Source: Prorocentrum cordatum
Taxonomy: Eukaryota
Assembly (NCBI GenBank): GCA_963575745.1
Contig: CAUYUJ010000148.1
Coordinates: 496,001-560,000, forward strand
Length of the DNA: 64,000 bases
Direction: 5' to 3'
The notes beneath the pieces are model-generated. The model ran no database searches. It had not been told where the DNA came from and saw only the letters and a program-made list of their open reading frames with translations. Each line of letters opens with the position of its first letter. Position 1 is the first letter of the stretch. Below, in pieces: positions 10,480 through 19,141 of this stretch. A program made the translations under genes and the position numbers.

Positions 10480-12426
10480 TCAGCTGCTCCCAGACGCGGG
10501 CTGGTCCCACCGAGGCTCACAGAGTTGCTTTGCTTCGTCAGGGTGCGTGTAATACATGGGCGAGACTCTTTCGTACAGCGTTTTTGGGTGCGGGCGACTG
10601 TAGTAGTTGCCATGGCACTGCGCCTGCACGTCCACGAGGATCCCGAAGATGTGCCCCCTGAAACAATAGCCATTGATGTTCTGCCTCATGCCGCCAATCC
10701 AGTACGTGTACTCGCGCCTGTGGAAGTCCCATTCTGCCTGGATCACAACGCGCGCGTAGTATTGGTGCTGCGGTTGCACCAGGCAGAAGACGATGTCTCC
10801 TTTCTGCACGGTGGGCGCCTCCTTCACGACGCAGCCAGGGCCCGCTTCCGCTGTTACAGCTTCGATGGGGTGAAAGGTGCAGAAGTCGTGCGACCGCGCC
10901 AGAGGCCACATGGAGTTCCCCGAGCTCGGGCACCACACGGGGAAGCCGGCTAGGAGGTACTCATGCATCATCTTGTTCCTCTCTCCCCGCAGCTTTAATT
11001 CCAGAACGAACTTGTCGGGGTCCGACGCTGCGCCCTCGACCAGCGTCCAGTCCTTGTGGAACGCGGGAAAGGCCTCGTGCGGGGACGACAAAACAAAGGG
11101 TGGAAGGCGCTTCGGCTTGCTCTGCTCGACGGCTGCGGCCTCCTCGGGGGGCAACTTGGCGATGGACTTGTAACCTTTGGACTGCTCCGCCGTCTGGCCG
11201 ACCTTTGCACGTAGCGAGAAGGCTGCCTTGGCTCTTGCAGCTATGCGGGCATTCGTCGTCTGTTCCGCCTGCCGCTTAAGAAGTCCCCCGCGCTCGATGG
11301 GCTCCTCGCTGTGCTTCATGGCGGCAGAAACCGTCGTCGCCCGCGTGGCTGACCCACGCGGAGCCTGGGATAAGAGCTGGCGCCGCTCAGCCTCCATGCG
11401 TTCCTGCCGCGCTCGCTCTGACTCGGGCTTGTAGTGGTCCGCCTCTTGTCGCAGCTGCTCTCTCGTCATCGGCGGCGGCGGCGGCGCGACCCTGCCCGAT
11501 GCATCGATTGGCCGTGGCGGGCGGGCGGGCATCCGTTTCGGAAGAAGCTGGCCCTCCGCGGGCGCGTCACTGACCCTCTTCGCTGGCGCGTGCTTGGCCC
11601 GCGGAGTCTTTTGTCTCCAATCATCCTCCTCCTGCCGAAGCGGAGATGTGAGAAGAGCACCCATCCCGCGCCGCGCATGGCTTTCTGGCCGTGTCCGCGC
11701 CGCGACAGGAGCATCCCGCGCCGCGCTGCGGGTGCGCTCTCTGCCCCTGCGGGTGCGGTCGCCAGCCTCTCGGGGGGAGTCGCTGTCGGAGATCACAATC
11801 GTGCGGCGCGGATCGCCAGACTGCTCGGTCTGGGCCCGCGTTCTGTCGGCCTCCAACGGAAGCCCCGTCAGCCTGAGCCCGCTCCTCGCCGCCATCGGCG
11901 GGCCACTAGCGCCTGCGCCCTCACGAGCTGTTGCTGCCTCTCGCCGCCCGCTTGACGCTGTTGCAGCCAACTGGCGCTGGCGCGGCGACGCCTCTCTCTG
12001 GCGATTCTGGGCGTTTGACAGGCGCCGCTGCTGCCCCACCCACCGCTGCAGATCCCAGTGGTGCCGCACGCAGTCTTCGATCCCAGTCGCCCCTGGCGGG
12101 CTCCGACGCTCCCAATCTATCATCTGAGTGTTCCACCTGATCTCCTCATCGCTCAACTGCCAGCGTGCGGTCGCGTCCAGGCATCCGTGGGGTTTCTCCT
12201 GGCCCTCCCAGACTCCTGGACGGTCGAAGATCACCATGCCGTCATTGTCCAACTGCTGCTGCTTGTGTTGGACCCAGCGCAGGCGGCGCTCATGATCCAA
12301 CGCCTTATCGTGTTCGCCCTCCCGACGCGCTAACTTTATATTCAACTCGCACCGCCCCCTCTGGCTCCGCAAGCCTTTGCGCTGGTTGTGCAAGTAATCC
12401 CAGGTGCCGACCTGAAGACTAGCCAC
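10480..12426 (-). CDS. ~650-codon ORF: helical N-terminus, disordered linker, C-terminal S24/S26 (LexA/signal peptidase I)-like domain at ~10630-10990
   Basis: SSGNSMWPL (candidate Ser codon 10912-10914) ... VQKGDIVFCLV ... YYARVV ... YWIGG ... HIFGILV matches the S24/S26 G-x-SM-x-P and GDIV pattern. Uninterrupted frame; the start shown in the track is GTG. Confidence 0.6.
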   Translation of the reverse strand: MASLQVGTWDYLHNQRKGLRSQRGRCELNIKLARREGEHDKALDHERRLRWVQHKQQQLDNDGMVIFDRPGVWEGQEKPHGCLDATARWQLSDEEIRWNTQMIDWERRSPPGATGIEDCVRHHWDLQRWVGQQRRLSNAQNRQREASPRQRQLAATASSGRREAATAREGAGASGPPMAARSGLRLTGLPLEADRTRAQTEQSGDPRRTIVISDSDSPREAGDRTRRGRERTRSAARDAPVAARTRPESHARRGMGALLTSPLRQEEDDWRQKTPRAKHAPAKRVSDAPAEGQLLPKRMPARPPRPIDASGRVAPPPPPMTREQLRQEADHYKPESERARQERMEAERRQLLSQAPRGSATRATTVSAAMKHSEEPIERGGLLKRQAEQTTNARIAARAKAAFSLRAKVGQTAEQSKGYKSIAKLPPEEAAAVEQSKPKRLPPFVLSSPHEAFPAFHKDWTLVEGAASDPDKFVLELKLRGERNKMMHEYLLAGFPVWCPSSGNSMWPLARSHDFCTFHPIEAVTAEAGPGCVVKEAPTVQKGDIVFCLVQPQHQYYARVVIQAEWDFHRREYTYWIGGMRQNINGYCFRGHIFGILVDVQAQCHGNYYSRPHPKTLYERVSPMYYTHPDEAKQLCEPRWDQPASGSS

Positions 12427-12459
12427 AACTGGAGGAGCTGTAGTACAATTCGACGTCTA

Positions 12460-12850
12460 ACTTGATATGTTACACCTCCCTGGGGCTATCCGACATGCTA
12501 TGTTAGAGCTCCCTGGTGTATCTACCATGCTATGTAGGAGCTGCGTGGGAGCTCTAACATGGTATGTTCGATCTCCCTGGGGGCTCCAACATCCTCTAGC
12601 ATGTCATGTTAGATCTCCATGGGAGCTTCAGCATGGTATGTTAGAGCTCCAATGCAGCTCTAACACCCTCTAACATGCCATGTTAGAGCTCCCTGTGAGC
12701 TCTAGCATCATGTAGCATGCCATGTTAGAGCCCCAGGTGAGCTCTAACATGGCACGTTGGAGCTCCAATGTAGCTCTAGCATCCTCTAACCTGCCACGTT
12801 AGAGCCCCATGGGAGCTCTAACATGGCACGTTAGAGCTCCATGGGAGCTC
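12460..12850. repeat. Distal block of the GAGCTCTAAC palindromic satellite, just upstream of the S24/S26-like ORF
   Basis: Same unit as at 325-5345. Confidence 0.85.
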
Positions 12851-13038
12851 TTATCAGACGGGGGGGGGGGGGTACTGCACCAGCCCAGATTTGGCTGGTC
12901 TGACCTGGCGCCCTTTGCCCTTGCCCTTGCGCGCGTCGCTGCCCTTGCCCTCGGCGCCCTTGTCCATTGCCAGCGCGCGCGGCGCGCGGGCAGAGCAGGG
13001 AGTCGAGCCGACAGCTACGGAGACGAGGGAGACAGAGA

Positions 13039-13075
<37 letters not shown>

Positions 13076-13531
13076 CCAAAGTTTTCGGATGAGGTCACTG
13101 CAGAGGTTTCGATGGGGATGGGAAGGTTGAACTGTCTCAGCTGCGGCAAAAGGGGGGGACCATCGCTCTGGAGGTTTCGATGGAGATCGCTCGCGTGCAC
13201 GCGAACACGTGGGTGGGCTGGGGGCTGGGCTGGACAAGTGCGGTGGAAGACGGCCTCGTCGCTACTCCTGCCTCGCCCTGCTCCCCCCTCCTCCTTCAGC
13301 CCCATCACCCCCCTCGCCCCCCTCCTCCTGAGGGCGGCCCTGGGCGCCCGATGCTTCCCACCCCCACCCTCCCACCCTCGCCGCCGACAACCGCCGCCAC
13401 GGGCAACAGCAGCCCCCCTCCCATCGGCGACCTTCAGGTCCCCAGCGGCGGGCGGCGCCGCCCGCGGCAGCGGCGCCCACGGAGGGGCGCAGGGGGGGAG
13501 GTAAGGTCGGACGACGTTGGGCGGCGCTCTT

Positions 13532-13970
13532 TTACAACAAACTATTGGCACGGCCATGGTGCCTGGGCACAGTGCTGCGACCGTCGCGTCGAAACGCAGA
13601 ACCCAGTTCCGTGGGCTGTTGTAGAGCTGTTTGACGGCTCTGTCGACGCCCGCTTCTTCTCCCGAGCGGCACAGCCGTGCGGCACAGCACGCAAGTTCGC
13701 TGCACCGGGCGGGGATTGGCCTGCCTCTTGAAGAACTTGCAGAGCTTCCTGGGGCTCTTGTAATAGATCACACACCCACTCGGCGCCTGGGCAAGCGCTC
13801 GCAAAACGCGGGGCAGTGTAGGCAGGTCTTCCGCGAGAGCCTCTGCTACAGCCACGTGGTAGCTCTTGCTCGAGTTCCGAAGCTTCTCCGTGTACTGGAT
13901 GCCTTTTGGAGAATCCTCCCGTGCAAAGTCAGTCGGCGTTGTGAAAATTATCCCGGCAAAGCAACCTAAC
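13532..13970 (-). pseudogene. Fragment that probably continues or parallels the C-terminal extension of the hAT-like protein
   Basis: GCFAGIIFTTPTDFA..GIQYTEKLRNSSKSYHVAVAEALAEDLPTLPRVLRAL is protein-like, and its start resembles AAFTGAFYLT at the end of ORF 14728-16362. Frameshifted. Confidence 0.3.
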
Positions 13971-14104
13971 AGCGATGTGTAAAAGCATATATGAAAGCAT
14001 TCCCCTTAAGATTCAAATGAAAATCCAGTTGTAGAATTCTGCTGTTCTCGCAGTCGTAGTCGCGTTCGCGATGACAGTCGCAGCGGCAACGGCAGTCGCA
14101 GTCA

Positions 14105-14352
14105 CAGCCTCAACCTCAGCCTGCCTCAGCCTCAGCCTCAGCCTGCCTCAGCCTCAGCCTGCCTCAGCCTCAGCCTCAGCCTGCTTCAGCCTCAGCCTCA
14201 GCCTCAGCCTCAGCCTGCCTCAGCCTCGGCCTCAGCCTCAGCCTGCCTCAGCCTCAGCCTGCAGCCTCAGCCTCAGCCTCAGCCTGCCTCAGCCTCAGCC
14301 TGCCTCAGCCTCAGCCTCAGCCTCAGCAGCAGCCTCAGAGCAGCCTTGCCTC
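14105..14352. repeat. (CAGCCT)n hexamer microsatellite
   Basis: Direct inspection. Confidence 0.9.
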
Positions 14353-14353
14353 A

Positions 14354-14645
14354 GCAGTTGGGCACGGGCATTCAAAATGTGGCCCGGGAATGGAGTTCTG
14401 GGAACTCGAAGAGCACGAAGTGGCCTACAGTTGGCTCCGGGCATTCAAAATGTGGCCCGGGAATGGAGTTCTGGGAACTCGAAGACCACGAAGTGGCCTA
14501 CAGTTGGCTCCGGGCATTCAAAATGTGGCCCGGGAATGGAGTTCTGGGAAGTCGAAGAGCACGAAGTGGCCTACAGTTGGCTCCGGGCATTCAGAATGTG
14601 GCCCGGGAATGGAGTTCTGGGAGGTCGAAGAGCACGAAGTGTGTG
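14354..14645. repeat. 73-bp tandem repeat, 4 near-identical copies
   Basis: GGGCATTCA(A/G)AATGTGGCCCGGGAATGGAG starts at 14366, 14439, 14512 and 14585. Confidence 0.9.
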
Positions 14646-14727
14646 ACTGTTGGCTTAAAACGACTTCTGCGGCACCCTGTCCGGCACCCGCCCAGACCCC
14701 CCTGTGGAGTCATCTGCTGCTCTCTTT

Positions 14728-17700
14728 TTAGACCATTAGAAACCTATCAGTCTTCGCTGTTAGGTAAAAAGCTCCCGTGAACGCTGCTACAATCTGGGCG
14801 GCGATGCAATAGTCGGCGTCAGCTGTTGGCGCCAAGACTACGTTCCCCTTCTTCCCCAGGGCCGCGTGGCGGGCAAGATAATCCAGGAAGTCCACCGGGG
14901 CCTGATGCACCTTGAAACGCAAGCGCTGCGCCCTGTTGCGAGCGCCCACATCTACCACGCGAGCCAGCATGAGCCCAGCGGGGCGCGGGGGGGGCAGCAA
15001 GTAAGCGTCACGGCCCGCAGCTGGCCTGGCACTGCGCAGGACTTTCTTCTCTCGGGTACTCCTGGCCTTGGCGGCGGCCTTCGCCCCTCCAAGATTGCGC
15101 TCTCGGATCTTGGCCTCCCGCTTGGCGACGGCGGCGACGACTTTTGCAGCGGGCCCGACTGGATCTGCACCGCTCGCCTGGGCCGCCCCCTGAGCCAGCG
15201 CAGCGAGATCGGGGGCGCCCCCCGCGAGAAGGCGGGCGCGCTTGCTCGGGGAAGCGGCCGCCATGGCGTCGACGGCAGCTGCTCGCCTGCGCCCGAAGCC
15301 TACCTCTGTCCGACGTGCTGCCCCAGGCTCCCGCGTGCTTCCCTTGTCGCGCCTCTCGGCCCTCCTCAGCGGCACGATCTTCCCCTGCGCGACCTCATGT
15401 AGCATGAGCACATGCCTGTACCAACGACTGGCGGCAGAGCTGCTCTCGTCGTTGTCGTCCAGCCACGTGCGCAGCAACCTGCTGGAGGGCGCCTGGCCCA
15501 CGAGTGCGCCCCCCTCGACGGACACGTCGAGGTGCCGCGCCCTCTCGGGGCAATGCACCTCCGAGAAACGGCGGAATCGCCTCTCCACGTTGCCCGTGCT
15601 CGTTTTCCATACAATGAAGAGCTCCACGAGGCGACGGCCGCTGGGGAGCTCGGGCCACTCCACCGCAGCGCGGCCCCAAGCCTGCCGCGCGGTGCCCCCG
15701 TCTCGACGATGCACCTCGGCACGGGGCCACATTTGCCGCAGCTGGGAGATTGCCTTCTGCTCGGGGGGGTCTGCCGCCTGGCAAATGCGCTTCAAACAGG
15801 CCTCGGCGTCTGTTGCACGCTCTGCCGTCGCAGACAGGGACAGGGGGGAAGGCAAGCGGAAGGCTGTAAAGGCGTGCAACCAAGAATGCTCTGGCCGATA
15901 TAGCTTCACGTTCCCCTTCACATTGGCCACGATCCCCTGCGCTCGTCGAAGAGCCGCGTGGGCGGCTTCGCGGGCTCGGGGCCCCGTGCTCCAATCACCG
16001 ATGCCAACGGTCTGGGCGCCAGTGCCGCACGCGAACCGCTTCGTGGCCTTCAGAAACTTGATGGTGACGCCAGTAAACGTGTTGGGGATGGCCAGAATAT
16101 TCCCCTGGACGAACAATGTACCCAGCTTGGAGACGAAAGCGGCGGCCCTGGATTGAACGCTGGCAGCGTCGGGGTTGCTCTTGTCTCCGGTGGCGACCCA
16201 GGAGTAGTGCTCCGCGCTCAAGTCGGCCAGCAACCCCCCCCCAGGAGCAGGCGCGAACTGTTCTCGCCCCCGAGCCCTTCCAGAATCTGTCGGGCGAGAA
16301 TGCGCCGATCTTTGTCCTTCCCCTGGGGCTCCACTCCGAACGCCTCGAAAATGACTTCCCAACGCCGGCTTTCCCGTGCCGAGGGCCTCGCCCGACTGTT
16401 GAAACGCCGGGGGGCCCAGCCGAAGTTTTTGACGAACGCAGCGCCGTCTTCCACCAGCTGCTGCTCCCCGAGTGCGTTGCGGGACACGGTGGAGGTAGTC
16501 AGGAACTTGGCCAGACTTGGCGGCTTCTTACCCGTTGCCAGCAGCTCGTCCGCGGCTGTTGTTTCGCTGTCTCCTTTCATCGAATTGGCCAGAACCTTCT
16601 GGGGCGAGTGAGACTCGCCCCACGCGTGAAACGCCAGCCCAGGGAACGTAGCAGTTGCAGCCAGGGGTGCACTTAGTTCCGCCCCATCGCTGCACCATGC
16701 CCGAATCTCCCGTCGCACATGCCTGTGCAAGTCCCCGTCCAGCCCCCCGCCTGCCGTCTGGCACGCGCGACGGACGCACTCCTCCAGCATGGAAGCCTTG
16801 CCGTCGCAGTCCATGCCCCGCGGGAACTCCCGCACCCCGATCACCCGATCCACGATCCAGGGCCCTCTGGGGCCCAGCTGTTCCAGCCAGCCTGCCTTGA
16901 GACCGTAGCTTGGGAGGAAGTCCAAAGCCTCCGGGATCGACCGCAGCGCGGCGCCAATTTCGACCTGGTACGTGCGGTCGAGGCCGTCCGCAGCCAAACG
17001 AAAAAGAGCACCATGCTTGAGGATCCTCTGCGTGATGATCTTCTCGTGCTGAGCCATGGTGGTCACCAGCCCTCGGCGCTGCCGACTAGACTCCAAAACT
17101 TGGCGGTCGCCCCCGCCGAACGCACCCCGCCACACGTCGAAACTACTGAAGGAACTGGTTGTCTCCAACATTGCACGGGTGGCGCTCACTGCGCGGCAAC
17201 TAGGGCGCTGGTCGGCGTTGCGGACGACGGCGGGCGCAGGCGCCACGGCTGTTGCAGCTGCTGCAGCTGATGCAGCCGTTGTGGGGAACACAGACACGGG
17301 GAGACCCTGGTGCGCACCTTCCGCTCGAACCCGCTCTTTCCACGCCGCTTCTGCTGCCTGGTGCCCCTCGCACTGTGCATGGCGCGCGAGGTTTTCCGTG
17401 CGTTGGAAACTCGCGGACCCCTGGCCCATGGTGGAATAGCAGCGAGCGCCCTTGAACGCCGAGCAGAACAAGCAGACTGCAAGTCTACCACCTACGTAGC
17501 CTATCCAAGTTTCACTCTTCAGTGTTACTGGATTCGTCGCAGACATCGAGGCGTTCCACTTCCCCTTGTTCTTCCAAAATTTGCAAGCGCCGCAGGTGGA
17601 GACGTGCTTTGGGTAGTCGCGGCTGGCGACGCGCTCCTCCAGGGTCATGGACAACGAAGGCGGGAACTTCTCGACTTCTTTGCTCGGGGCGGCCTTCGCC

Positions 17701-18104
17701 TTCGCTCTTGCAGCCGCGGCTGCCTCGCTGCTGGAGCCGCTGTCCTCTTCGGAGCCGCTGTCGGAGCCGCTGTTGGAGCCGCTGTCCTCTTCGGAGCCCG
17801 CTGCGTCGGCAACTCCGTCGGCGCCGTCGGCGTCGGACCCTGCGTCAGCATCGGCGTCCGAGCTGTTGCAGCTGCCACGGCTCGGCGAAACTGCCCTCGA
17901 CGAGGCCGCCGAGGCCGCGCGGCTCGACGGGGCCGCTCTCGACGAGGCCGCACGGCTCGAAGAAGAAGCAGGGCTCGGGGAAATCAAAGGAGAGGACGAG
18001 GCCGCAGGGCTCGGGGAAATCAAAAGAGAGGACGAGGCTGGAGGTCTCGGGGAAACCGCCCCAGCGGACGACGACACTAGTTTGAGCCAAGTCCTCCGGA
18101 CCAC
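14728..18104 (-). mobile_element. hAT-superfamily-like DDE transposase with N-terminal zinc finger, split by one frameshift at a G9 run (16234-16242)
   Basis: Zinc finger W...CLFC...LARHAQCEGH. Candidate triad LAADG (D 16986-16988), CSDGA (D 16686-16688) and STGNVERRF (E 15583-15585). WGESH sits at the CxxH position and RRFNS at the RW-x-S position. SRLLLGG continues as LLADLSAEH in another frame. Confidence 0.65.
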
Positions 18105-18388
18105 AATGGTGACGATGGTGATGGTGATGGCGTTGCTGATGGTATGGATGGTGATGATGATGATGATGGGGATGGTGATGATGGTATGGTGAGGGCGGTT
18201 GTGATTGCGATGATGGTGATGGTGATGATGGTGATTCTGGATGTGATGAGCACCACCATCATCACCATAACCATCTCCAACACCATCAGCACTACGATTT
18301 GATAAACAACATCATTACAATCGTCGTCGGCATCGAAACGCAAAAACACTCAACCGACTCAACCTAAATCCGCCCTAAATCAAGCCAG

Positions 18389-19141
18389 CCGAACATGCAC
18401 ACGACGAGGGATATCCACGGCGTCTTACCGGCACACGTCGGCATGGAGGTCCGGCTCACGGCCGTGCAGGAGGAGCTGAAGAAAAAGATGGGGCCCGCGC
18501 GCGAGCAACGGGCCGCCATGGTGTCATTCGAGTTCCACGCAGACGACGAGCGGGACTGCGAGGAGTGCGCGCCGGGCCAGCCCTTCCGCCCCCGCTACCT
18601 ACCGCTGGGAATCTGGCTGCAGGTGCACGGCTTCAAGGACTCCCCGATCTACAAAGAGGTCGGCGAGGTGCTGCAGCAGGGCGCCGACGGCGCTGCCGAC
18701 GACGCCGAGGCCGAAGCACGGGCGAGGAACTCGCTCATGTTCAGGCCCAGCGAGCAGAAGCTTACGTGGCAAAGCTCGGGGGCGCACACTGTGCGCTGCT
18801 CGGGGTTCACCCTGGGGCATGCGTCCTACCTGACCTCCACGCTGTCGCAGGGCCAGACGCTGCGCAAGGGCGCCACCATCGACTGCGCCAGGGATGGGGA
18901 CGCTGGCCGCACGGGCAAGTCGGACGAGATGTGGTGGCTGCGCCTCTACGTCATGTTCTCCCGCGCCACGCGCATGCGGCACATGCTGATCCTGCGGCCG
19001 CGCACGCGAGAATTCCTGGAGCGCGGGCCGCCGGCGTCACTGCGGAAGGCGTTCCAGGAGTTCGACAAGAGAGCGGTGGACTCCAGGGCTGAGGCGGAGC
19101 AGCTTGCGGCAGAGCTGGGCTTCGTGTTGCCACCCGCCTGA
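18389..19141 (+). pseudogene. C-terminal part of a PIF1-family (Helitron RepHel-type) SF1B helicase
   Basis: LPAHVGMEVRLT, VRCSGFTLGHASYLTSTLSQGQTL...IDC (motif V region) and LYVMFSRATR (motif VI). Walker A/B and Rep/HUH domain are not seen in the window. Confidence 0.75.
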
